From the human T2T-CHM13v2.0 reference genome, Homo sapiens, in assembly GCF_009914755.1 (NCBI RefSeq), contig NC_060929.1: a DNA stretch of 64,000 nt. One strand, given 5' to 3'. The notes below the pieces were generated by a model. It did no database searches. It was not told where the DNA came from and saw only the letters and a program-made list of their open reading frames with translations. Shown piece after piece: positions 1-12,912 of the stretch. The first letter of the stretch is position 1. The number at the start of each line of letters is the position of its first letter. Both the position numbers and the translations under genes were made by a program.

Positions 1-641
1 TATATATGAAGCAAAATTTTCACAAAAAACAATATTTACCCTCATTATACACAACACATTCTGATACTACCCATTCTATTTAATTTTTTAAAAAATTGGT
101 TCTGACTCAATTAATTTCACAGCCCACGCCACAGGTTGCAAGTGGGGGCTCTGGGCAAAGACATCCTGGCCACAAGACCCGCCCGCTCTTCTAACCATAT
201 GACTTTGGTCAAGTAACTTAACCTTTCTGTGCCCCAAGTCTGTTGCAGTCTTCATTTTATTTCAAGAGTCATTGAGAGAATTAAACGAGAAATCATTTAA
301 TCATTTATGTGATACTTTTAGAACTGAGCCTGAGTCTTAGCAGGGGGTCAATAAGTGCTGGCCTGCTTCCCTGTCATTATCTCTGAAAGGCCTGTGGAAC
401 AAAACTGTCTGGCGCTGGGGGGTCCTTATGCCCAGAAATCAACTCTCACCATGGAGAGATATCTATTCACTCTCCTCCTCCCTCCATCTGCTCCAGTCAC
501 ATGAGCTTTCCATGTCGTCAAACACGCTCCAGACTCACTGTCTTTGCCCTTAATCATTCTTCTGCCTCGAGTGCTCTTCCCTCTAACATGCCTATGGCTC
601 CTCACTTCCCAGTCTAATCACCCTCCCCCAGCTTCCCACCT

Positions 642-1196
642 TTACTCAGAAAAGAGTTCACCTCACAGGCTGAAGGTTGCCTGTCCTGAGAAAGCCCTGC
701 TCAGAAGGTTGGCACTGCACTGGTATCTGGGAACTCGGCTATTAAACAGTTTCCCATGCTAATATAAAACTTCCCCTAAATTATAAGGGAGGCTTGCTGT
801 GTCTAAATTGCTTGTATAAATAATGTGGTTTATGCTGGACACCCGCTTCCTTCTGGGGGCCAGGGATTTGGGTACATACTAAGCAGAGGGTGTCTACCTG
901 ACTGGCTCCCAGTAAAAATCCTGGGCACTCAGTATCTCATGAGCTTCCCTTGTATCAACACTTTGCATGTGTCATGACAACTCGTTGCTGGAGGCATTAA
1001 GTGCATCCTAGGTGACTTTCCTGGAAAAGGACTCTTGGAGCTTGACCCAGTTTCCTCTGGACTTCACCCCATGTGCTGGTTCCCTTTGCTGATTTTGCTT
1101 CACATTTTTTACTGTAATAAATCTTAGCCATGAGTATGCTAAATCCTATGAGTCCTTGCAAATCAGTGGGGGAGATCTTCGGAGCCACCCACACAC
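642..1196 (+). mobile_element. MER68/MER21-like ERVL LTR
   Basis: CAGAAAAGAGTT...GGTTGGC...TCTGGGAACT start, then GTAATAAATCTTAGCCATGAGTA and a CACA end. Confidence 0.7.
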
Positions 1197-4100
1197 AAGC
1201 CTCCATGCAAATATCACCACCTTGAACAGACCTTCCCGGACCACCGTCTCTGTAGCATCGGTATTCTTTAATCACAATCATTCTCTATCTCCTCAACTGC
1301 TTTACTGAAGAGTAGAGCAGATCTCATTCCATTTATAAAATAATTGTATTGTCTTCCCTACCGAACATAAACTCCATGAAGGCATTAGGCACTCAGTATT
1401 TGTTGAGCCTCCATAATGTGCCAGATACCATGCCAGGCACTGAGGACACCACAGGGAAAAGACAGATAAAACTCCTTCCAAATGGAGCTTACATTTATGG
1501 GAGGAGACACAAAATAGATTTGTTTATTTGTTTAATATCAGAGGGTGGTGGGCACTAAAAAATATAATAAATAAGAGTCCGGGGATAAAGGATGGGATGG
1601 TGCTATTTCTTCTGGGGTGGTTAGAGAAGGCCTCTTTTGAGAGCATCACATCTAGAGGCTTGGGGAGCCATAGTCTAACCAGGCTACCTTCCCAGAGGAG
1701 GTAATACATCCACACTTAACGGGAAGCCCTCTAACTAAATTCTGTATCATATGACTAGAAATCAACAAAATTCCAAAAGGCATTATCCACAATAGTCATA
1801 ATTTAAACAAATAAAAAATTATTTGGCAAATAAGCTAAAACTTATTTAGCAAACAAGCTAAACTTATATAGCAAATAAGCTAAAAGTCTTTGGGAAGACT
1901 TTCATTGAACAGCACGCCATGACCATTACTTAGAATTCAAGAAACCAATTATTGGGATTTCTTTCATTTAAAAAAAAATCAAGAAAGTCCTCCCAAAACT
2001 TCTCCTACATCTTTACATGACTAGTTAGCATGTCCCACAATAGTACCTAGTCACCTTGAGACTTTAGACACACTGACTTTAAAACCAAAACTATTTGTAC
2101 GTTTCTCAAAGAGAAGAGAAATGGTTCATCTGAAATGTAAAACCTCCAACTAGTCTAGACTAAAGTGAGTCCATCCAATGTAAAATGGCAGCTCTACTGC
2201 TTCTCCATCTGTCTAAGTCCAGCTTCAACCAGAGAATATCGACAAGCTTTACAGCCATAGAATCACAGGGCATTAGAACTGGGAGGGTTGAGAGATCACC
2301 AAGTAAAACAACGCCCCCTCCCTGGGGTTTTGCTATTAAGGAGAGTAATGCCCAGAGAGATTTTGCTGAAGTTCACATGAGCAGTTTACAAACCTTAAAC
2401 TTCATTCTCCTAATTTTAATCCAAAACCTTCAAGGCAAGGAACAAGTTTCTTATCTGATAAATAAACAAATAAACTCAGAAAGAGCCAGTATTGAATGAC
2501 ACATCCTTCAAAACTGGGGAGTCGTGCACTTCCTGAACTGGATCCAGACTATCCAGGGAATAAGGTAAGAATAAAGGAAACAGTCCTCCGGCCACAATTA
2601 GTCTTCCTTTTTTCCTTGACAGAAAACACCCTTATATCAAGGTTGGAGAGAGACAGTCTGGGCAGACCACTGAAGCAACGCTGCAGTGTCTGATGGAGAC
2701 TGTATTTCCCTAATTCTAAGGAAGGACAGAGACAAAGTCTAGGGTACATGTTTTCCCTCTCACATTTTAACGTTTCTGAACATCCTAATTTGACAAGTAT
2801 ATTTAATATCATAAAGTTGATATTAAGTTGATGGTGCATCTTATAATTGATACTTAGGAACTGAAAGCCGAACCCAAAATGGAGCTTCAATTCCTAAAGA
2901 GCCTAAGAGTTTACTATTTATCCTTTGGTTTTCTCCTTCGTTGGTCAACTCTAGCGCTTCTCCAGTATCTTTCTACATCTCGACCTCCCTATTCCCTCTC
3001 GTGCATTTCTCTCATCCTGCAATTCTGTACCATGTAGCCAAATGCCCAAACCCTCTACTGAGGTTCCTGGGTAAATCCATACATGCTGATAACAACTGCT
3101 ACAGCTCTATCCCATAAAAGCCCCTTCAGTAGAAGTAAGAGGCACAGCAGCTTTGGTACTTTTCTTTTTCTTGCTAATAAAGACACCCTCTGACAACCTG
3201 GATGCATTGAAAGAGCTTGAGTCAGTCGGGAGGAGCAGGGAAAAGTGGCAGAGTGTGGGGGCAAAATGTCAGGTTCAGACAGACTTGGCATCAAGTCCAC
3301 GCCTCCTTTGTTACCTCTCTATGCCTCGGTGTTCCTGTAGTATAAGTAAGGTTATGAATCATAGAAGTTTCCTTAGAGGGCTGTGAAAATGACACCAGTT
3401 ACAGAAGAGGCCCGGTACTTGGTAAGCACACAATAAATGTAAACTTCTATAACTGTATTTAATAACAATTGACACCTAAAATTCCTCTTTGTAGCTGCCA
3501 ACCTATTTCCCAGATCACTTTGCAGGGAGGGTTCAGGAGGCATTACTACAACACGAATCTGTGGGATAGGGAGATGTGGCTGAAAACAGTGGGGCAGCCT
3601 AAATTGTGACCAGCTGGAACAGACCATCCCAGATTACCTAAGAAGTAACTGTGGAGTCAAATGATAACGTGACAAGTTCTTAAGGTATAAACACTATAAA
3701 TTTTTCACTTAAAATATAGAGACTGAATAATGAATCAAGCTCTAAGATAACTAAAAGCACTAAAAAGCCTATTTCTAGATCCAATTGTTTTGAACAAATA
3801 AAAACCCTTACGATTTTTAACCATGTAAAGTGCACTAGTTACATTAGCCTCTGGGGGGCTCCTGGCTATGCCTGCCAATCATTTAATTGACCTTAGGGTG
3901 CTTTATAAATTAAGATCAAAGGTTTACTGCTTCGTATTTCTTTGCTATTCTCCCTGCTGTCATCCTGTCTCTCCCTGTCACCTACTTGGCCACCACTCTC
4001 ACCAAAGACTGTTTTCCTGTCTGTATCACCACCACCCAGAGATGGTGCATCTGCTGTTCCAATCTGTAGCTTGGTGGTCTAGATCATCCTTGCAACTTAG

Positions 4101-4507
4101 AAAATAACTTTTGAGATCTATTGGGTTAGAATAATACTAGCCCTAACCATTGTTTTGTTAATTAAAATGGTCCATTTTTAACATCCTCCACAATAGCCCC
4201 CCAAAAAAAGCACAGTAAAGAAAGCGGGGTCACAGATTTCTCAAAATAGAAGTCAGGAGACCCTACAACCAACCAGTTATAGCACCTTAGGCTGCACAGT
4301 ACTCCCTGGGTTCTAGTTTCCTCACCTGTAAAACAAGGTTAGGGATAACATTTGGTCTTCTTTTTAACTGAGGGATTATACATAAAAAATATTATATTAT
4401 ATTAGTATATGCATACTCATTATACATTTATAAATACATATGAAAATAGTATATATACTATAGAATACACAATACATAGATGTGTTCATTATAGATCAGT
4501 TGATCTA

Positions 4508-4587
4508 TTATGTTGGTGCCAAAGTGATTGTGGTTTTTGCCATTATTTTCAATGACAAAAACCGCAATTACTTTGGCACCAACCTGA
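4508..4587. mobile_element. MADE1 (Hsmar1-derived 80-bp MITE)
   Basis: TTATGTTGGTGCCAAAGTGATTG...CAATTACTTTGGCACCAACCTGA, near-palindromic and flanked by TA. Confidence 0.92.
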
Positions 4588-5095
4588 TACATGCACGGCT
4601 ATCAGGCAACACTGCCAAAACTAAATCCAGCCACATGGCCAGTCAGAGACTTACATGGATTTCTTATTCTTTAGCCATGACAGTAATGAACTTCAGAAAC
4701 AGAGGGAGGAAGAATAAATGCAGATGTACTTTAAAAGTCAATCTGGGATCGCACTGAAAGAATGAAAGGCTGTCTGAAGGAAACGGAGAAAATTGCTCAA
4801 ACAAAGAAAACAATATTATGCTTTTCTTTTTTAAACATCATGAGGCTAAAGTGGCTTTGGAAGCTCTATGTTCCCTCAGCCACTCCACACAGATAGAATA
4901 TATCTGCATGTTCTCCCATGGCTACAAAATCATCCAAATCATTTCCTAGAATCCAAGGCCTTCATTTCCAGCCTATGCTGTGAAACATGGATCTTCTACT
5001 CTAGTGGGCTGATTTTCTCCCTGCCCTGTAAATGTAGTTTTGCACACATTCTTGCCTCTGCCTACCAGAATCTGCCCCATCCCTTACTGTTTAGA

Positions 5096-5306
5096 ATACT
5101 ATTGTTCAATACAGTAGCCACTAGGTAGATGGGACTATTTAAATTTAATGTAAACTACTTAAATTATATAAAATTTAAAATTCCATTCCTTAATCATACT
5201 AGTCTTATTTCAACTACTTTCTAGCTGCATGTGACTGGTGGCTACTGTATTGGAAGCACAGATACCACATTTTATCACCACACAAAGTTCCACTGGATAG
5301 TGCTGG
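5096..5306. mobile_element. MER3/MER33-like hAT-Charlie element
   Basis: CAATACAGTAGCCACTAG...GTGGCTACTGTATTG internal inverted motif. Confidence 0.65.
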
Positions 5307-5329
5307 TCTACAGCAAGGGTTGGCAAATA

Positions 5330-5704
5330 TTTTCTTTTTTTTTTTTTACTTGAAGTTCTGGGATACATGTGCAGAGCATGCAGGTTTGTTACATAGGTAT
5401 ACATGTGTCATGGTGGTTTGCTGCACCTATCAACCTGTCAACTAGGTTTTAAGCACCTCATGCATTAGGTATTGTCCTAATGATCTCCCTCCCCCCGACA
5501 GTCCCCAGTGTGTGATGTTCCCCTCCCTGTGTCCATGTGTTCTCATTGTTCAACTCCCACTTATCAGTGAGAACATGCAGTGTTTGGTTTTCTGTTCCTG
5601 TGTTAGTTTTCTGAGAATAATCACTTCCTGTTTCATCCATGTCCCTGCAAAGGACATTAACTCATTCTTTTTTATGACTGCATAGTATTCCATGGTATAT
5701 ATGT
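5330..5704 (-). mobile_element. 5'-truncated L1PA 3' end inserted in a MER58-like element
   Basis: Poly(T) plus L1PA 3'UTR, with TSD GGGTTGGCAAATA at 5317-5329 and 5705-5717. Confidence 0.9.
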
Positions 5705-5864
5705 GGGTTGGCAAATACTTTCTATGAAAAACCAGAACATAAGTTTAGGTTTTGGGGGCCATGAGACAAAACAGAGGATATTTTATGGGTACTTACATAA
5801 CAAGAAAAAAGTTTTTTTCACAAAATTTTTACTGATAAAATTCAAATAATAATAATAATAATTG

Positions 5865-6170
5865 AGCCAGGTGTGGTGGCTCATGCCTGTAATTCCAGCA
5901 CTTTGGGAGGCTGGGGCAGGAGGATCACTTGCGCTCAGGAGTCGAGACCAGCCTGGGAAACATAGGGAGACCCCACCTCTATAAAAAATAATAATAAACA
6001 ATTAGCTAGGCATGGTGGCGTATGCCTGTGGTCCCAGCTACTTAGGAGGCTGAAGTGGGAGGATCACTTAAGTCTGAAAGGTGGAGGTTACAGTTAGCTG
6101 AGATCGTGCCACTGCACTCCAGCCTGTCTGACAGGGTAAGACCCCATCTCAAAATAATAATAATAATAAT
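5865..6170 (+). mobile_element. Alu (AluJ-like)
   Basis: Dimeric Alu with (AAT)n tail and AATAATAATTG flanks. Confidence 0.9.
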
Positions 6171-8214
6171 TGGATGTAATTTGTTTTTGTAATAGAAGCC
6201 TGCTACTGAGAAGAATGGAATTCTTTTTTGAGGGAAAACATTTTGCTTACATGGGCTTCAAAGTTAATGTTTCCTATAATTAAATTGATTGACTGCAAAT
6301 GTTCATCTATAAAAACCATTCTCAGCTTGTAGATCATGCAAACAAGCAGGGAGCAAGCCTGATGGGGCCTGTGTACTGTAATTCCCAAGTTCCCTGTCTG
6401 GAGTGTTTCTCAACAGGACACTATCAACACATTGGGAGGGTCATTTCTTCATTTTGTAGGATTAGCCCACACATTGAAAATAGTACACAACCTTGGCCCT
6501 CAGGCACTAAATACAGTAGCATCTTCCAGTCAATGTGATAACAAAAGTGCCCCACCACATATTCAAGCTCTCCACCACCCAAGGGGAGGCACCATTGCCA
6601 GATGGAACCACGGAATCTTTCTCATGTCCATCTTTTCTGCACCTCTAACCATACAACCTCTAACTCTGACCTTCTAAATAATCTATTATTAACTATTGAC
6701 CCTCATGAGCAGTACAAACAAGGCTGAAATTGCGAAATATATATGTGGGAACATTCGTCTCAACCAAATTTCAAGTTGAACACATTCAGATTCCCATGTC
6801 TTGACATACTTGACGAATGAGCCCACTAGGGGCTCATTTGTGTGAGAGGCTAAGGCTTCTCCCAGAAAAAAAGCCACACTAAAGTAAGAGAGTTAAGACA
6901 GAAACCTGGTCTAGAAAACATGGGCCAATGCTGGGGGAATTGACGGTTTATATCTCCATTCATTCATTCCTTCAACAAATATTTTCTGTTTACTCTATGT
7001 TAGGCACTGCTGGAGACCATGGACAGAGGCATGTATGAGCCATCAGGCTTCCATGCTGTCCTTCCATCCTTAACCTGTTGCTCAGCAGTCATGCAGTTCC
7101 CTCATCTGTCCAACGAGACAAATGGTAGCACATATCTCAGCTGGTTTAAGCCCTTAGAGAAGTACCTGGCACATAATTACAGCAAATACTTATTTTTTGA
7201 GCACTTGTTATATTAATTACAAGCCAGTCATATGGATTCATGCCCAGGTTCTTAGAAGAAGAGACAGCAAGAAAGGGTACGTGAAAACCATGAAAATCTA
7301 TTAAATGGAGGTTTTTGGATACTTGAGTGTAAATTGGCATGGAAGGGTTTGCCAGCTTCAATGCTGGTAGTGCTAGTGTAGCAGGAAATGGAGCCATCCA
7401 TGTTAGGAGGCTTCCAGCACATCATCCTCTCTGTGTGGGCAACAGAAGCCACAGCAGCAGTTATTACCTCAGGGCTCCTGCTCAGGAGAGGTGTAAAATG
7501 GCAGACACCCTGCACAACCAAGAAGTACTTATTGTGAGCACTTGGGAACTAGCCCTGGGGGATCCTCTGAGAGCAAAGGGAGACTGAGGCTCCCAAAACC
7601 AGAGAAATACTGTCCCATGACTCAGTAGTGGCCTTATTTTACCCAAAAACTGATAGGGCCTTGGAGTATTTTTTTTCAGTAATAAGAGCTATCATTTAGC
7701 CTTAACCATGCGTCAAGCACTGCATGAGAGCTTCACATCATTTTATCATTTAATCCTCACAGCTCTGCCTCCACTTCCCCCCACTCATATGAGAGCAAAT
7801 TAGCAGGCTAAGTAACTTGCCCAAGGTCATGTAGCTAATACAGGGGAGCAAGGACTCATCCCCAGATCTACCTATCCACTACAGAGCTGTTCTCTTAACT
7901 ACGACGCTGCCAGCCTGGCAGGAGCTGCCCACATGCATGCACCTCCCTCACCTGCCTTGAAACAGCCATCCCTCATGGTGGTGCCACTTATGAAACACAA
8001 TGTGAAGGTAACTCATTGTGATTCCTTCTCATCTCCCAACAGTACCCAGCAGAACACCTGAGTAATAAGTAATATTTATTTAAAACCAGTGGGAACTTGT
8101 CAACTATATACACAGAGTCATAGGTCTTACTATTTATCATTAGAAATAATATAAATGAAAATCAAATTGGTAGCCCTCAGGATCTTCTGATAAGTCAAAA
8201 GAAGTAGCCCTTAC

Positions 8215-8391
8215 CTGAAGGATGTTATTGGCTGTTACCAATGGAGCTTCATCATTTACAGATTCAACAGTCACAAAAAGAGTTTGGGGCAGACTCTGTT
8301 TTCCAAGCTCTGAGCTATTCGCAAAGATGGTGAAATTGTCATGAAGCTTCTCGCTGTCATCATGAGCATAGTAAGTCAATTCATTTTCCAC
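8215..8391 (-). pseudogene. CSPG4BP: CSPG4B exon 5 (177 nt, open)
   Basis: Acceptor ttgttatag|GTG, then VENELTYYAHDDSEKLHDNFTIFAN...ESVNDEAPLVTANNILQ, donor CAG|gtaagg. Phase 0/0. Confidence 0.9.
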
Positions 8392-8610
8392 CTATAACAA
8401 ACCACAAAGTCACCAGTTTGCTGAAGTGTGACTTAAAAATATGAACAAATGGCAATCAAAGAAATCCCAATTTTTAAAGTCTCTCTAAAACACAAAAGCA
8501 CGTCCTCATCCTGTGAAGTTTCAGTCTGACAATCAAAGTGCAAACTGTGATGGATGGTATAGTTTTTCTGAAATGATACTGCATCCTAGAAATACAATTA
8601 AGGAGGAACA

Positions 8611-11603
8611 GCTTTTCCAGTGCTGGCTCCACTTGGTCAGTGCAGTTTCGCCTTTGTGGTTGTGGAGTCCATCCCAGCTGTGGACCGCAAATAACCCTGT
8701 ACAAAGAGGAATGGAGATTGCCTCTATCCACCTAGATTCATAAGCTGCCCTGAGGCGATCTTGGCATCAAGGAAGGGAGCATTGAGGCACATCGCACCAT
8801 CAGCTTCAGAGGATGGCAGCCATTGATTTGTCCCGTGGGTTTTTTTCCAGGGAACAAATCTGCCCTTTTGAAGAAAAGACAAAGGTAGAAAGGATGGTGG
8901 TAGACTACCTGGCAATTGGTTATCAGAATGGGAAATACAACCTAGAACCAAACGGTCATCACTTCAGCAGGGTTTTTTGAAGAATCAAATATTCAATGGG
9001 ATACAAATGACAAGAGGCTACAGTGGATGGGAACTGTGTGACTGTAAGAATTGTGGACAGGTCTTCAGTGAACAGTTTTGCCTTAAGACACACATGAGAG
9101 CTCAGAATGGAGGGAACACTTCTGAGGGTAATTGTTATGGAAAAGACATCCTCAGTGTGCACAAGGAAGCTTCTATTGGACAGGAACTTTCCAAATTTAA
9201 CCCATGTGGAAATGTCTACACTCTAACTCCAGGCTTTGCTGTGCATCTTGAAATTCTCAATGCAAGACAACCCTACAAATGTAAGGAATGTGGAAAAGGC
9301 TTTAAGTATTTTGTAAGCCTTGATAATCACATGGGAATCCACACTGGTGAGAAACTCTGTGAATTTCAGGAAGGTGGGAGAGCCATCACAGTTTCCTCAC
9401 ATCTAAAGCAGTGTGTAACAGTTCATACAGGAAAGAAATCTAAAAAGACTAAGAAAGGTGGGAAATCCTTCACTAATTTTTCTCAACTTTATACATGTGA
9501 AAAATCATAAAGGAGAGAAGTCCTTTGAACGTAAAGAATGTGGAAGGTCCTTTAGAAATTCCTCATGCCTTAATGATCACATTCAAATTCACACTGGAAT
9601 AAAACCGCGCAAGTGTACATACTGTGGGAAAGCCTTCACTAGATCAACTCAACTTATTGAACATGTAAGAACTCACACTGGAATACAACCCTGTGAATGT
9701 AAGGAATGTGGCCAAGCCTTCATTCAGTACTCGGGCCCTTCTATACACATACGAAATCGCAGTGGAAAGAAACCCTATCAGTGTAAGGAATGTGGGAAAG
9801 CCTTCACTACGTCCACAAGCCTTATTCAACATACAAGAATTCACACAGGAGAGAAGCCTTATGAATGTGTTGAATGTGGGAATACCTTCATTACTTCTTC
9901 CCGTCATAGTAAACATTTGAAAACTCATAGTGGAGAAAAGACCTTTGTATGCAAGATATGTGGGAAAGCATTTCTGTATTCCTCATGCCTTAATGTTCAC
10001 CTGCAAACTCATACCAGAGGGAAACCTTTCGTATGTAAAGAATGCGGGAAAGCATTTGCTGTTTCCTCACGCCTAAGTAGACATGAAAGAATTCACACTG
10101 GGGAGAAACCCTATGAATGTAAGGGTATGAGTGTTACCATTTAGCCCATTGGTTGCCATCTTTAATTATTGGCAATGACACCAAAGATTATCAGATTTGT
10201 CCTAAATGCCTTGAGGAGGTTTAATGGTCGTGGATTGGCCTTAGATGCCATCCTGAGGGTCTAAAATTAAAACTACAGGTTCTGAATACAACTTCTTCAT
10301 GGTTGCCTAAGTCTGAGCATCTGTGAAGAAGGGTCATGGATGGTGAGGTCAATACTTCAGGCTGCCTTACCTTGGTGATTAGATTCCTAAGATCATAGCA
10401 TTAACAAGTTCTGTATGAGATAAATCATGCAGACTGGTCCCAGCCCCTGTTGGTTAGTGGCTGCCAGTGTGGCACATTCATGTCAAAATTTACCAGAAGC
10501 CAAGATGATGTAGGTCCCAGAGGTGGATTGTTAAAAGATGCTCCTTCAAAGGTCTCTTCTATTCCCACGGATCCTGCAGAGCATGGCAGGAATTAAACCA
10601 TCCATAACTGCCAGTGCACTTTCACAGCTAATTATTTCTGTGTCCCCTTCTTGTAAAATCTAAGAAGTGTGACAGCCTTGCCTGTTCTGCCTTGTATATT
10701 TTAGGTGGCACAATCTAAGTGGCAGTGTCTCTTCTAGTATAATCCAGTCTTTCACCTCATTTCTGTTAAGATGGCTGATATAGTCCATGAATCTCACTCA
10801 TGATCTATTTATCAGATGATTGTTCAGCCACACTTTCAGGATTCTCTTCAGCACAAGTTTTCTAATTTTTGCAGTATGGATAGGCTGAGAATTTTCCAAA
10901 TCTCCAAGCTCTGGTTCCTTTTTCCTTAACAATTTCTTTTGCAATTCAAGTCTCCTCTTTTGCATTTTCCTGTAAGCAGTCAGGAAGAATGAAGTTTCCT
11001 GTGTCCTTTAACACTTTAATTGCAGATCTTAGTGATACATACCCAATTTTATCTCTCTCAAGTTCTACCTTCCACAGAATGCTAGAATACAGTTCAGCCA
11101 AGTTCTTCACCACTTCATATCAAGGGTTGTCTTTTCCTCATTTCCCAATAGCATGTTCCTCATTCCCCAGTGACACTTCACCAGAATCACCCTTACCAAC
11201 CTTATTTCCAGCTTGCACATCAGAATTTTTCCAGCCTGTACTCATTTGTCAGTTTCAAAGCTGTTTCACATTTTTAGTTTTTTTGTTTCTTTGTTTTTAA
11301 TTGCAATACCTCACTTCTCAGTACCAAAATCTGCCTTAATGAGCTCAGGCCACCATAACAAAATACCACAGACCAAATGGCTTACAAATTCATTTAATTT
11401 TAAATAAAGGAGGTTAAAAACAGAAATTTATATTCTCACATTTCTGGAGGCTGGAAGTCTGAGACCAGAGTGCCAGCATGGTCAGCTTCTGGTGAGAGCT
11501 CTCTTCCTGGTATGTAAATGCCCACTTCCTCATGTCTTCACATGATGGAGACCAACAAATAGGTCAGTCAGTCTGTCTCTCTCTCTGTCTTTCGCTCCTC
11601 TCT

Positions 11604-11635
<32 letters not shown>

Positions 11636-12149
11636 CCCTGCCATCTCTCAACATAATTTCATGATACTTCCTAAAGATCCTATTTTCACATATAGTCACA
11701 CTGGGATTTGGAGCTTCAACATATGAATTTTGGGGGTTATCATTCAGTCCAAAGTACTTAATATGATTCTTTTCCCTTTCCACATAGGCAATCACATAAT
11801 CTGTAAATAATGACTCTTATTTTTCCACTTCAGTCATTAGTTATCTCTCTATATATACTTTTTCTTGCTTTACTGGACTGATTTCAACGTGCAGCACAAC
11901 ACCAACTAAAAGTAGTAATACCAGCATAATTGTCTGCAGTTCTGCTGAGATATGTGCTCCATTTTATTGGCTTGGCTGTAGGTTTTTATTTTTTTTTATT
12001 TTTTGAAGAGGCTATCTCCTAGAGGAAAGATTTCTTTTTATATCCAGTTTTTACATGATGAATGATTTCCCAATATTTCATAATTTGTGAGGCTGAATTC
12101 CTCTTGAATTTATTAAATGCTTCCTGTGCATCCTCAAAAAAAAAAAAAG
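8611..12149 (+). pseudogene. Processed pseudogene of a KRAB-ZNF, ZNF561-like
   Basis: Intronless 5'UTR, MAAIDLSRGFFSRE... start, C2H2 array ending YECKGMSVTI, and a 2-kb 3'UTR. ATTAAA 12112-12117, poly(A) 12136-12148, 14-bp TSD ATTAAGGAGGAACA (8597-8610 and 12150-12163). Frameshift near 9495. Confidence 0.9.
10745..11750 (-). mobile_element. MaLR internal fragment plus MLT1/MST-type LTR inside the ZNF retrocopy 3'UTR; (CT)n at 11571-11636
   Basis: ATAACAAAATACCACAGAC...TCTGGAGGCTGGAAGTCTGAGA...GCTTCAACATATGAATTTTGGGGG MaLR motifs. Confidence 0.7.
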
Positions 12150-12520
12150 ATTAAGGAGGAACAAAGCGATTGAGCAATGTGGTGTAGCAGAGAGAATGCT
12201 GGACTGATCATCAGAAGATCTGAGGTAAAAGTGCTACCTTAACATGAAAGTGTGTTGTTAGTGACTAATTTTTGAGGCTGGTAATCGCTTTGTTTGACAA
12301 TTCAAACTGTTAGATTTCAGCTCTGAAACTTCTATTCATCCATTGCTTGAGTTTCTCCTTTAGAGACATATGGACGAGAGCAACTATTAAGTTTGCCCAA
12401 ATTTCTCTTTTCTAAACTAAGTATGCGTTGGTCCTTTAACTGTTCTTTGTATGTGAGGTTATATTTCCTACTGAGGTTATACTTCTATAATCCTGCTCCT
12501 TCTCCTTCAGAATACAATAG

Positions 12521-12912
<392 letters not shown>

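Noticed and set aside
1-8214. Search for CSPG4B exon 6 onwards
   Set aside because: No convincing CSPG-repeat exon was found by eye. It may lie beyond the window or be too decayed, and tBLASTn is needed.
8977-10144. Functional C2H2 zinc-finger gene
   Set aside because: Intronless, frameshifted, KRAB-less and bounded by poly(A) and TSD, so it is a processed pseudogene.
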